Sequence record: SRR31156797_1193
Direction: 5' to 3' (one strand)
Length of the DNA: 23,969 bases
Shown: positions 9,501 through 19,700 of the stretch, piece by piece
Numbering within the stretch: position 1 is the first letter of the stretch
How the letters are laid out: each line of letters begins with the position of its first letter
The notes under the pieces: generated by a model
Database searches by the model: none
Seen by the model: the letters and a program-made list of their open reading frames with translations, nothing else
What the model was told of the DNA's origin: nothing
Made by a program: the position numbers and the translations under genes

Positions 9501-12500
9501 CTTGATGAGGTTATTAAGCTGACTGGCAGCAAAGATGGGGTAATATTTGTTTGTGAAAATGAAAAGAAAGAATTTCTTGTTAATACAACGCTGAAAAATC
9601 CTGATATTGATGGTTTTGATTATCCCAAAACTAGAATTTGCAAAGGAATGATAGACATATGGAATGAATTGATAAATGATACAAAGATAAGAATGATAAA
9701 TGCCTTTGAAAACAAACATGAATATGCTGAAAAACTCCCCAAAAATCATATAAAAATTAATAGGTTTTTAAGTGTACCAATTGTTAATGATAACAAGATT
9801 GTTTGTATTGTTGGAGTTGTAAATAAGGACAAGGAATATACTCAAACTGATGTAAATCAAATAAAACTGATGATGGATTCCGTATGGAGCAAAGTAAACT
9901 TATATAATAATAACGAACAGCTTTTGCTTGCAAAGGAATCGGCAGAGCGTATAGTATCTAATACACCTACACCTTTAGGTATTGTCGACATTAACAATAA
10001 TGACGTACTAGTCTGCAATCAGGCAATGCTAGATTTCATGAAAGTTGATGAACTATTATATTATGATCCTGATAAGATGAATATGCAAATCGAGAAATGG
10101 AGTGAATTACTGGATGAATATATTCAAAATGGTAATATATCTAACAGGGAAGTTCAAATAAACAGATTTGGTACTGGAGAGTCTTGCTGGATATTATTAA
10201 GCATGTATCCAATACTATATCAGGGCAGAAAATGTGTAATAATTTCATTATCTGATTTGACAGAAATAAAGTTTGCTTCAAGGCGTATGGAGATATTATC
10301 TGAAATCGCTGAGTATAACATTGTATCTGAAGATGAATTTGACCTATTTATCCTTAATAGAATATTAGAATTTAGCAGCAGTACTTCAGGTATACTGTAT
10401 GAATATAGAGAAGAAAATGATGAAGTTTATCTAAAAACAGTAATATTGGATGTTTTGCCTGTTCCTATTAGAGAATCAATTAATTATAAGTGTTTATGTA
10501 CCAAAGACTCTGTTTGGCATGAAGTCATAAAAAGTAAAAGAGCGATTATCAATAATGAATATAATGATTTTATGCAATATTGTTTTGATGTAGAATCAAA
10601 AGATATCTTCATTAAAAATATACTTGTTTTACCTATTTTCTATGAAAGTAAACTTGTATACCTTCTTGGTATTGCTAATAAAGAAGAAGATTACAAAGAT
10701 GAAGATAAAGATCATTTATCAATTATAGTTGATGCAGCTCTTAAAAAGATAAGGCTTTTTCAGAGTGCTAAGGAGATTGAAAGAGCAAGAGATGCTGCTG
10801 AACTTATTTTTGAGACAGCCCCTATCCCCCTTCAGATTTATGAAATAGAGACAAAAAAAGTACTTATCCAAAACAAAGCGTTTCTGGAATTTGCTGGCTA
10901 TAATAATATGAAAAATCTGATTATGGTTCAGGACTGTATAACAGATAATCAAATAAAAGATATGATAGATCAAAGACTCCGGTTAGATGGATATATAGAT
11001 GGTATAGAAATTGAAGTTTCAAAACCTGAAACAGGTGAAAAAATATGGATATATGCTAACTGTAAGCAGATTATGTATCAGAATAAGAAATGCTGTATTG
11101 TAGGATTTTCGGATTTGACTGAGATAAAAAAGGCACAAGAGAAGGTCAGATACAGTGAAATCAGACAGACTCAGGCTGCTCATAGTGCTGATCTTGGTTT
11201 GTGGAATCTTTACTTAGAAGATAATAAACTTGAAGTTAATACTATTTGGTGTACTCAGTTAAGCTATGATCCATGTGACCTGCGTGAGGGAGATGAAGAA
11301 TGGAACATACTGAAGAACGGCTTGGAATCATGGAAGATGATGTTACATCCAGATGACTATGACAGAGCAACAAATGCTATAGAGAGCTATATAAATGGAA
11401 AAAGCGAGAATTATAGAGAAGAATATAGATTGCAGCGCAAAAATGGTGATTATAGCTGGATATTGTCAAGAGGCAATAAAGTTTATAATAAAAAAGGTGA
11501 ATTTGTTCAGCTATCAGGTGTACAAATGGTAATTGATGAACAAATTAAGATACAGAAGCAGCTAGAAGCTGCAAAACAACAAGCAGAAGAAGCACTGAGG
11601 GTGAAGTCTGAGTTTTTAGCAAATATGAGCCATGAAATAAGAACTCCTATGAATGCTGTTATTGGTCTGAATTCTCTGCTGAATACAACACCCCTTAATA
11701 ATAAACAAAGGGATTATGTTACAAAGATTAATAGTGCGGCTAATTCACTTCTGAATATTATTAATGATGTACTTGATTTCTCAAAGCTAGAATCAGGAAA
11801 GCTGGTTGTAGAAAAAGTAGAGTTTAAACTAGACGATGTATTAGAGGATTTATCAGCTTTAATATCGCTAAAAGCATATGAAAAGGGTATAGAATTTATA
11901 ATAGAAGAACATCCGGATATTCCCAGCTGGCTGATAGGTGACCCGTATAGACTAAAGCAGGCATTGTTGAATCTAACTGGAAATGCAATCAAATTCACAA
12001 GCGAAGGCGAAGTAACAGTTTGCGTTGATTTAGTAAACATTGATAAAGAGGTTATGCTGAGATTTTCTGTTAGGGATACTGGAATTGGTATGAATAAACA
12101 ACAGCAGGACAAACTTTTCAGAGCGTTTGAGCAAGCTGATGCATCGACAACCCGAAGATTTGGAGGTACAGGTCTAGGGCTTACTATTACAAAAGAGCTT
12201 GTGTTACTAATGGGAGGTGAAATTACAGTCGAGTCAGAGTATGGAATAGGTTCAACCTTTAGTTTTGAACTAAGTTTTGATATCTCTCCCAAAGCAGCTA
12301 ACTCGAAGAGAAGTATATCAGATAAGATTAAAAATCTTAAAATACTTGCAATAGACAACAGCGAGTCTATTAGAAGGATTTATAGCAGTTATTTGAAGGA
12401 ATTTGATAATGAAGCCAGCGTTGTTTCTACCCTGCAGCAGGCATTTATAGAAATGGAGAAGTACGAATTTGATATAATTTTAATTGACCAAAAAATACAG

Positions 12501-13781
12501 GACAAAGATGGCATATCAATGCTGGACAAGCTAAAAGAGCGTTCTAATTGCAAGGATAAGCAAAAGGTAATATTGGTTACTTCCAGCAATTATGAGCAAA
12601 CTCTTGATACATTTACGACATATGGCTTCAGCGGAACTCTAGCAAAGCCGTTTACCCAATCATCATTGTTAAACAGTTTAATTAATGTATACTTTTCAAA
12701 AGATAACGATTATACAGGATATACATCAGGGAGATTTGATGCATCAAAAAGTAATATAATTCAAGGCTCAAAAATATTACTTGTGGAAGATAATGAGATT
12801 AATCAGCAGGTCGCATGTGAGATTTTAGAAGTCGAGGGTTTTCGTGTAGATGTAGCTAATGATGGATTTGCAGCATATGATATGGCAAAAAACAATTATT
12901 ATGATTTAATACTAATGGATTTGCAGATGCCCTGTATGGATGGTTATGAATCAGCTAAACGAATCAGAGAGAAAACCAATTCTATGGCTCCTATAGTTGC
13001 TCTTAGCGCAGATGTAATGCCGGGAATTAAGGATAGAGTACTGGAAGCTCAAATGGATGATTATATTTCTAAACCAATTGACAGAGACGAATTGATAAAG
13101 ATTCTGACGAAATGGATAAAACCGAATGCACAAAGGGGGAAATATGATTTGGTAGGCAATGATATTGACAGAAAATATCTCGAAAAATACTTAACAGAGA
13201 TTAATGTGGCAGATGGGTTTTCCAGAGTTACAGGTAATATGAAGCTGTATATAAAAATATTATCAATGGTTTCTGAAGACTATAATAATTATTTCCATAT
13301 AGTACGCGAAGCATTTAATTTACATGATTTTGATACTGCTAAGAAAAACGTACATACCCTCAAGAGTGTTGTAGGTAATATTGGTGCTAAGAATCTTCAT
13401 ACTTGTCTTACTGAGCTGGAAGGATTCCTAGTAAATCAAGACTTAAGTCAAGCTGAAAGTAAAATGGATGAATGTGAAAAGCTGCTTGCTGTGGTAATTA
13501 AACAGATTAATAGTATGCTTGTTTCACTGCCTAATGAGAACTTAATAACTCCAAACAGAAGACACTATATTGATAAGGATGTTCTTATCATAAAAGTGGA
13601 GGCTTTACAGTATGAGCTAGAGAATTACAATACAAAATCTGAAGAGAGATGTAATGAACTGCTTGACTATGTTCATTGTGACGTGGTTACAAAGCAATTA
13701 AATACTGTAAAAAAATTAATATCTGAATTCGAATATGAAGATGCAAAAAAAATATGCAGAGATATTATTAACAATTTATAG
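6567..13781 (+). CDS. Giant multi-sensor hybrid histidine kinase (TM-dCache-TM-HAMP-PAS-GAF-PAS-PAS-GAF-PAS-GAF-PAS-PAS-HisKA-HATPase-REC-REC-HPt)
   Basis: H-box FLANMSHEIRTPMN (H1689); N-box LNLTGNAIKFT; G1 DTGIGM; F-box FRAFEQAD; G2 GGTGLGL; REC1 DIILID (D1974); REC2 VEDNEINQ...DLILMDLQMP (D2118); HPt HTLKSVVGNIGA (H2263). PAS_3 signatures VHSDDRE and LHPDDYD. Two TM helices flank a dCache-like YDPRQENWY...VIGVD region. Sensor domain boundaries were assigned by eye. Confidence 0.95.
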   Translation: MKVRTRVLLILICGLLAAVSIICSVLISILNKKTVDTVRDKSIINYENTNQRLRKYIQSLDYQIDAIIKNNVYLFESDNSYTNYLDGSINNQYTISEKEEQLRDILKHYHIIDSDISQIYIGFADGAIVSSVSITNKGTFFTDEEGYYDPRQENWYQRAAETGDLIITDLYMRDHSELAYTDGQLIDEHNYDYIDYIVTIAKPIYNDINEFIGVIGVDVFFSSFLEIAIDEVEQIASHVIIEMDEVLIISFTEDKLIIVSENSGHSLNTNTNDKFLAHISSIIGKTSSLNLLEYKLFINNWTLYHTVYTNIYWLITSDVAIPIMVALVLILLIVISIVFIALNRTIISPIEAISRSIAKNSIKSKHLITNKRHKNEIEDIAFHYDDFINEFRTSNENIMDTIKDKSAIIEQAHISLLMTDLDGIIIYCNPLCQKVFNLTRNEMIGKYLDDVYEFIDFNKVFKGAWQSTEKNPSYAKIVKKRRNDGSIQYENVTITTLRNDKNRIVGFINTIVDITDNIRSKEIQKILTNFSSKYINIDAENIKEGIDSALAELSNLIDADKAVVLKFVYNLNEVHITHCWYLDGYNKYNKYNSKVSMNVFSAKFINKMKDNDTEIYHEGDIIDDNKLEDYIKMKHIKSCIHLPIINRGELRGIVSFESTKYSHDYIPEEVDLLKTFANILSNLLEREKSYHHLVQSEANYRNLFAHSADGMLILDNSSGRIIECNDNAAELFDETDIKNIIGKSFAQFFPNEQLDGENFEDIYTKQIKTALEGNQTSHDFVSLKKNHESLTLRADFAAIPYSGSMVIQIILRDITSENMRIDELLKAENRLKVATLSSGIVTWDYNAVTGIAESSDEYYNLMGYSPNEADRYELMLNRVHSDDRESLRNCYKNVFNGLTDSYACEFRYKKPDSNEYYWLYEAATVTKRNEKGKAEVIVGASKDVTARKLSEVEIRTSNERLKALSMEITTISEYLQYSLDEVIKLTGSKDGVIFVCENEKKEFLVNTTLKNPDIDGFDYPKTRICKGMIDIWNELINDTKIRMINAFENKHEYAEKLPKNHIKINRFLSVPIVNDNKIVCIVGVVNKDKEYTQTDVNQIKLMMDSVWSKVNLYNNNEQLLLAKESAERIVSNTPTPLGIVDINNNDVLVCNQAMLDFMKVDELLYYDPDKMNMQIEKWSELLDEYIQNGNISNREVQINRFGTGESCWILLSMYPILYQGRKCVIISLSDLTEIKFASRRMEILSEIAEYNIVSEDEFDLFILNRILEFSSSTSGILYEYREENDEVYLKTVILDVLPVPIRESINYKCLCTKDSVWHEVIKSKRAIINNEYNDFMQYCFDVESKDIFIKNILVLPIFYESKLVYLLGIANKEEDYKDEDKDHLSIIVDAALKKIRLFQSAKEIERARDAAELIFETAPIPLQIYEIETKKVLIQNKAFLEFAGYNNMKNLIMVQDCITDNQIKDMIDQRLRLDGYIDGIEIEVSKPETGEKIWIYANCKQIMYQNKKCCIVGFSDLTEIKKAQEKVRYSEIRQTQAAHSADLGLWNLYLEDNKLEVNTIWCTQLSYDPCDLREGDEEWNILKNGLESWKMMLHPDDYDRATNAIESYINGKSENYREEYRLQRKNGDYSWILSRGNKVYNKKGEFVQLSGVQMVIDEQIKIQKQLEAAKQQAEEALRVKSEFLANMSHEIRTPMNAVIGLNSLLNTTPLNNKQRDYVTKINSAANSLLNIINDVLDFSKLESGKLVVEKVEFKLDDVLEDLSALISLKAYEKGIEFIIEEHPDIPSWLIGDPYRLKQALLNLTGNAIKFTSEGEVTVCVDLVNIDKEVMLRFSVRDTGIGMNKQQQDKLFRAFEQADASTTRRFGGTGLGLTITKELVLLMGGEITVESEYGIGSTFSFELSFDISPKAANSKRSISDKIKNLKILAIDNSESIRRIYSSYLKEFDNEASVVSTLQQAFIEMEKYEFDIILIDQKIQDKDGISMLDKLKERSNCKDKQKVILVTSSNYEQTLDTFTTYGFSGTLAKPFTQSSLLNSLINVYFSKDNDYTGYTSGRFDASKSNIIQGSKILLVEDNEINQQVACEILEVEGFRVDVANDGFAAYDMAKNNYYDLILMDLQMPCMDGYESAKRIREKTNSMAPIVALSADVMPGIKDRVLEAQMDDYISKPIDRDELIKILTKWIKPNAQRGKYDLVGNDIDRKYLEKYLTEINVADGFSRVTGNMKLYIKILSMVSEDYNNYFHIVREAFNLHDFDTAKKNVHTLKSVVGNIGAKNLHTCLTELEGFLVNQDLSQAESKMDECEKLLAVVIKQINSMLVSLPNENLITPNRRHYIDKDVLIIKVEALQYELENYNTKSEERCNELLDYVHCDVVTKQLNTVKKLISEFEYEDAKKICRDIINNL

Positions 13782-13837
13782 AAATAGATATAACAATAAC
13801 ATTGATTGCTGTAAAAATAACTCTGCTTAATTCGGTA

Positions 13838-15325
13838 TTATTCTGTAAAACTCTTGGTACACATAACAGCCTTGAGCCAAGTATCATACTTGTTCTGCCT
13901 TGTTTTCTCATCCATATGCGGATTAAATGATTTATCAGTGCTATAATTAGTTGAAATAGCTTCCATACTATCAAATAAACCTGCACCCAATCCAGCTAGA
14001 TATGCTGCTCCTAAAGCTGTCGTCTCTATACAGCAGGGTCTTGAAACTTCCTTATTCAAAATATCAGATTGGAACTGCATCAGGAGATTGTTTGCACTGG
14101 CACCGCCGTCCACTTTAATCATCGGTATAGTGATTTTTGCATCAAACTCCATAGCATCCATTACATCTTTGCTTTGATATGCTATACTTTCAAGTGCAGC
14201 CCTTGCAATATGAGCAGTATTAGTACCTCTGCTCATTCCTAGTATTGATGCTCTTGCGTACATATCCCACCACGGTGCACCCAAACCAGTAAATGCAGGT
14301 ACTAAATATACTCCGCCGCAGTCTTCTACTTCTAGCGCTAGCTTTTCTGAATCTGGAGCCGATTTTATTATCTTTAATTCATCTCGTAACCACTGTATAG
14401 TTGCGCCGCCCATAAATATTGAGCCTTCCAGTGCATAGCTTATTTTATTATCTATTCCCCATGCAATGGTTGTAAGCAGATTGTTGGATGACACAACAGG
14501 CTTCTCACCTGTATTCATAACTATGAAACAGCCAGTTCCATATGTGTTTTTTACCATACCTTTTTTGAAACATGCCTGTCCGAATAATGCAGCCTGCTGA
14601 TCTCCTGCAGCAGATAGTATTGGTATTTCCTTTCCTAATATATCTTTGCTCAGTGTGCCGAAATTATCACTGCTGTTTTTGACTATTGGAAGCATGTGAT
14701 GAGGGATATCCAGCCAAGACAATATATCTTCATCCCATTTCAAATCAAAAATATTATACAGCATTGTTCTGGAAGCATTTGAATAGTCTGTGTAATGATT
14801 TTTTTCTTTTGTTAGGTTCCAAATAAGCCATGTATCAATAGTGCCAAACAAAAGTTTGCCTTGTTCTGCTAATTCTCGGGCATCTGTAACATTGTCTAGT
14901 ATCCACTTTATTTTGGTTGCAGAAAAATACGCATCCAGTACGAGACCAGTTTTTTCAGCAATTGACTTACTCTTACCGTTACTCTCTAATTCATCACATA
15001 TAGATGCAGTACGTCTGCACTGCCATACTATTGCATTGTATACAGGTTTTCCTGTTTCATTGTCCCATACAACTGTTGTTTCTCTCTGGTTAGTAATTCC
15101 TATGCCTGCAATATCATTAACATTAATATTGGATTTTTCTACAACATCTTTTAGAACAGATATCTGTGAGCTTAATATTTCCATTGGATTATGCTCTACC
15201 CAGCCATTGCTTGGATAATACTGAGGGAATTCCTGTTGAGCAACATTTATAATATTTGCATTGCTGTCAAAGATTATAGCCCTGGATGATGTTGTTCCCT
15301 GATCAAGAGAAATGATGTATTTCAT
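13838..15325 (-). CDS. glpK: Glycerol kinase
   Basis: Motifs [76 protein letters not shown]. Confidence 0.97.
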   Translation of the reverse strand: MKYIISLDQGTTSSRAIIFDSNANIINVAQQEFPQYYPSNGWVEHNPMEILSSQISVLKDVVEKSNINVNDIAGIGITNQRETTVVWDNETGKPVYNAIVWQCRRTASICDELESNGKSKSIAEKTGLVLDAYFSATKIKWILDNVTDARELAEQGKLLFGTIDTWLIWNLTKEKNHYTDYSNASRTMLYNIFDLKWDEDILSWLDIPHHMLPIVKNSSDNFGTLSKDILGKEIPILSAAGDQQAALFGQACFKKGMVKNTYGTGCFIVMNTGEKPVVSSNNLLTTIAWGIDNKISYALEGSIFMGGATIQWLRDELKIIKSAPDSEKLALEVEDCGGVYLVPAFTGLGAPWWDMYARASILGMSRGTNTAHIARAALESIAYQSKDVMDAMEFDAKITIPMIKVDGGASANNLLMQFQSDILNKEVSRPCCIETTALGAAYLAGLGAGLFDSMEAISTNYSTDKSFNPHMDEKTRQNKYDTWLKAVMCTKSFTE

Positions 15326-15359
15326 AAGATACCTCGCTTAATTTCCTTCTTCTACAATG

Positions 15360-15388
15360 ATTATACAGCTTTTATATTCTTATGTAAA
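15360..15388 (-). promoter_or_regulatory. Sigma-A promoter for glpK
   Basis: Minus strand reads TTTACA-N17-TATAAT, ending about 35 nt upstream of the glpK ATG. GAGGT RBS follows. Confidence 0.65.
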
Positions 15389-15423
15389 TATACTGTTGTT
15401 TATATTTAAATAAATTATGATGC

Positions 15424-15455
15424 AAAAATTCCAGCATTAATTATAACACTGGAAT
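15424..15455 (-). terminator. Rho-independent terminator downstream of dacF
   Basis: Minus strand AUUCCAGUGUUA-UAAU-UAAUGCUGGAAU forms a 12-bp stem with two G-U pairs, followed by UUUU. It begins about 23 nt after the dacF stop. Confidence 0.75.
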
Positions 15456-15478
15456 CAATCATTATTTTGTATTAAGAT

Positions 15479-16666
15479 TTATTCAGACGGCGGAGAATCA
15501 GCCTTGAAGTAAGAGCGTTCAAATTCTCCAATTACTTTCTTCAAGCATCCCCAGAATGTAAGCTTATCAACATCTCTATTTAGAACAATCTCTTCTGATC
15601 TTATGTATGAATCATTAACATATATATCTACATTGCCAACCATCTCTCCTTTTAATAATGGAGCGGTCAGGTTTTCATTTATTGTGATAGTGGATGAGAT
15701 AGAATCTTGAAGAGATTTATCTATGAATACAGTAATATCTTTATTTGCAATAGCATTTGTAATCAAATCATCAGCTCCTAATATTGAGAGATTTTCAACG
15801 ATAATATCACCTTTGCTGTATAATACTTTGCTGGTATAGTTAGCGAATCCGAAATTAAACATTGCTGCTATGTCATTATTCCTGATAGACGATGTAGGTT
15901 CGCCGAGAATTACTGCAATTAGCCGAGTTTCTCCCTTTTTAGCTGATGCAGATAAACAATACATTGCTTCGTTAGTAAATCCTGTTTTTATTCCGTCACA
16001 GCCTGTATAGCTTTGAGTTAATTTATTTGTATTCGTAATTAATGTGGTTCTTCCAGATGGATGAACAAAGTTTTCTGTCCAGATTGTAGAATATGTGAAG
16101 AACAAATCATAATCTAATAAATATCTTGAAAGATTTGCTATATCAGCAGCACTCATATAATGATTATCTGCAGGGAGGCCGGTACAGTTGGCAAAAAGCG
16201 AATTGTCCAGTCCTAATTCATTTGCAGTTTGGTTCATTAAGTCAACGAATGCCATCTCGCTTCCTGCAATATGTTCACCCACAGCTACACACGAATCATT
16301 AGCTGATGCAATAATTATTGATTTTAGCAGTTCGTTTACCGTATACTGACCGCCTGCCTCCAGATATACCTGGGAACCACCCATAGAAGAAGCGTTTTCT
16401 GAGACTGTGACATAGTCATCTAAGTGGATTCTTCCTTCTTCAATACTTTTGAAAGCAAGATACAAAGTCATTATTTTATTAACGCTTGCTACAGGCATTC
16501 TTTCACTGCTATTGTATTCAAATACTATAGTACCTGTATCAGCATCAATTAATATGGCTGATTTGCCTGATAGAGATAAACTTGATGGTATATCAGCAGC
16601 TGCGGTTGCCAGAAGATTTACTGCAATTATAATAACTATTAAAACTATAAATATCTTATATTTCAT
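15479..16666 (-). CDS. dacF: D-alanyl-D-alanine carboxypeptidase (PBP5/S11 family, DacF-like)
   Basis: Signal peptide; SxxK (SVNK), SxN (SAN) and KTG motifs; DacF-typical GGSQVYLE and NTNKL; C-terminal amphipathic helix FWGCLKKVI. Confidence 0.88.
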   Translation of the reverse strand: MKYKIFIVLIVIIIAVNLLATAAADIPSSLSLSGKSAILIDADTGTIVFEYNSSERMPVASVNKIMTLYLAFKSIEEGRIHLDDYVTVSENASSMGGSQVYLEAGGQYTVNELLKSIIIASANDSCVAVGEHIAGSEMAFVDLMNQTANELGLDNSLFANCTGLPADNHYMSAADIANLSRYLLDYDLFFTYSTIWTENFVHPSGRTTLITNTNKLTQSYTGCDGIKTGFTNEAMYCLSASAKKGETRLIAVILGEPTSSIRNNDIAAMFNFGFANYTSKVLYSKGDIIVENLSILGADDLITNAIANKDITVFIDKSLQDSISSTITINENLTAPLLKGEMVGNVDIYVNDSYIRSEEIVLNRDVDKLTFWGCLKKVIGEFERSYFKADSPPSE

Positions 16667-16703
16667 AATAACACCCTGTATATATTACGATTTACTGAGA
16701 CTG

Positions 16704-16732
16704 ATTATTACTGTAATTAATATTTATAATAC
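16704..16732 (-). promoter_or_regulatory. Candidate SigF/SigG-type forespore promoter for dacF
   Basis: Minus strand reads GTATT-N15-AGTAATAAT, compared with the SigF consensus GYWTA-N15-GGnrAnAnT. dacF is SigF/SigG-controlled in B. subtilis. Confidence 0.5.
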
Positions 16733-16740
16733 TATCTAAT

Positions 16741-19700
16741 CTATAACCAGATCATCTTGGATAATGTAAGCAGATATATACCTGCTTGTTTTACTTTGAT
16801 ATTTGTTATGCTTTCTAGAGCCTGACTGTATACTGTGAGCTGGAGCCTGTAGTGCTCCAAAATATCTTTTTCTGTTTGATTAGGAGTAATTCTCGTCGTT
16901 TTGTAGTCGACAATAACCCACATATTATCCTCAATGAAGCATAGGTCAATAATACCCTGTACGAGAATTTCCTGATTGTTTTCACTATTTAGCATAAGGT
17001 CATTATATTTTTTTTTGGCTACAAAAGGCATCTCTCTGTATATTTTATTTGCTTTTTTGAACCTAGCGACAATATCAGAATTCAGGAATTCATTAACAGC
17101 TTTATAATTGATAATCTTATCAGCGTTTTCAGGCAGGATTCCTCTCTTAATCAACTTATTTGTCTGCTTAATAGTATCTGCATTATTCCAATCAATATGC
17201 TGTAGAAATTTATGAGTTATAGTTCCTCGCATAGCAGGTGTAATATTGCTTAGAGGTTCATCGAAACTTGGTATTGTGCTTAGAGCAGGGATATCAATCT
17301 TTTCCAAATCAGAAGCTGACAATAGCTTTGTAGCAGACGTTTTAGCGGGTATTATACTCTTATTGTCGTTGTATTGCCACAGGAAACTGGGAACACTAGT
17401 GATTGCAGAGCATTCATTAATTGCCTTGGCAACAGCACCAACTCTGCGTATTCTGTTAACTTTTATGTTTTCAGCATCTATTATATCTACACTGAAATTA
17501 TCAATTACATTCTTATTCTCAGCATGTATATCAGCTAGAGATATCAGATTACCACAGGATAGATTGCGTACAGCAGCAATTCCCATATAATTAAACAGCG
17601 TAGCATTCGTTTTGCCGTAGTTAGCTGGTAAAAATGGCTCGCTCCATGTGTTTGCCAAATCTTTTATATTTTTACCTTTGCCCATAGAACCTATTACAAT
17701 CAGCCTTTCACGTGCTCTGGTCAATGCAACATAAAATACACGGATATCCTCAGACAGCACACTGTCTGCTATAGCCTTACTGATGGCTTCACTGGCAATG
17801 GTATTTAGCTTTGTTCTTTCTTTAGTATTATAGGATTTTATGCCGAATCCTAAGTGCTTATATGTAGTAATAGTTTTGTCCTGAGACATTAATGAAGGCT
17901 GCTTATTGGCATTGATGATAATTACTATTGGGAATTCAAGCCCTTTTGACTTGTGTATGGACATAAATTGAACAGAATTATCACTGGATAAATTGTCTGA
18001 TTCAATTGATGCATCACTTAGGTGAAGTCTCTTGATATATGCTAAGAATCCAGATAAAGAAGCCATTGGTTGTTTGGAATAATTAGCGGCTCTATCCAAT
18101 AGTAATCGAAGATTTGACTGACGTACAGCTCCGCCTGGTAATGCACCGACAGCATTGTATAGCCCGGTTTCGTCCAGTACTTGCCAGATGAAACTGCTTA
18201 AATCCATGTACTTTGCAAGCATTTTGTATTTTGACAGCTTTTGCAGGAAGACATTTATCTTATCACCCAATGCATTGTTTATATCGGCATATTCTAAGAT
18301 ACATTTGTAGAATGCCTGAGATTTATCGGTCTCTTTTCGTATCTGGAGCAATTCCTCAATGTCAAAGCCAAAGGCAGGTGACATCATAGCTGAAATTAAT
18401 GCTGTATCACGTCTTTTATTGTCAATCACAGTAAGTATATCTATCAGCTGTCCAATCTCAACTTCATCGAAATATTTACCGCTTTGATTCTGAATGACGG
18501 GAATCCCCTGCTGTTCCAATACCGAGCGGATAGTTCTGGCAGTTGGTTTGAATGCCTTGCTCAAAATACAAATATCTTTATACTGAGCTGGACGCATTTT
18601 CTGCAGCTTACCGTCCCATATAGGCTTACCAACTAATAATTTAATATAATCAGCTGCTGCTTTTGCCTCTTTTTCCACCATTTGATTGGCTTCATCTTTA
18701 TCATTTTCATAATTGATGATTACGAAATCAACACCTTCATTTTGCTCCTTTGGGGGTCTTGGTGTGCCATGATAGAGCATTTCATCTTGATCATATTCGA
18801 TACCTCCTAGACGTGTGCTCATTATTTCTCCAAATAGCAGGTTGATGGTATTAATTATAGTTGGAGCTGAGCGAAAGTTTTGATTGAGGCATATTAACTC
18901 ATTTGCTTTAGTATTATCTACTTTGTATTTATTGCGCCTGTTGTAGAATAATTCAGGGTCAGCCTGACGGAATGCGTATATGCTTTGCTTCACATCTCCA
19001 ACACACAGGAGATTATTCCTACCAGTGATTTTGTTTATAAGGCTTTCCTGCAGTTGATTGGTATCCTGATACTCATCTACGAAAATATGAGTAAATCTAT
19101 CTGTTTCAGCTTTTGCTATTGCTTCGTTATTAAGTGCTTCAAGGGTTAAATGCTGCAGGTCATCGAAATCCAGCTGACGACTGCGACGCTTCAACCTGCT
19201 GTATTCTTTATTAAAATCTAATACTAAATTCCTTAATGAGGATAAAGCAGGATACATTGAGTTGTTTCTTGCTGTAAGCTCATCGATATCAAGCATAATT
19301 ATTGAAGATTTTATCCCCTTAATGATTGATTTGATTTTTTCACGTATACTTTTGCATTGATTAACAAGGAGTTCATCATCATCCTTTGATTTTCTGCTTA
19401 GTGTTACGAATCTTCCGCTGGTCACAGCATTCTTTAAGGCTGAGATTTCACGAGTACTAAGAGCATCGTTAATTGAGTATAAATAGATTTTATCAGCAGT
19501 AAATGTCTCTATATAGGATTTTGGACCGCCTTCAAGACCTGCTAATTCTGCAGCGTACTCATTGAGTACAAGAGTATCATTTATTTTATTAGCAATATCG
19601 TCTAACAAATAATTTATCCAATGGGATTTTTTAAGTTCATCAGCATTCATGCTGTATCTATTTGTCCATTCGTTAATATTGCCAATGTAATCAGGCTGAG

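Noticed and set aside
11714..12358. 214-aa antisense ORF
   Set aside because: It lies wholly opposite the kinase HisKA/HATPase region, is Ser-rich and has no motifs. It is a typical shadow ORF.
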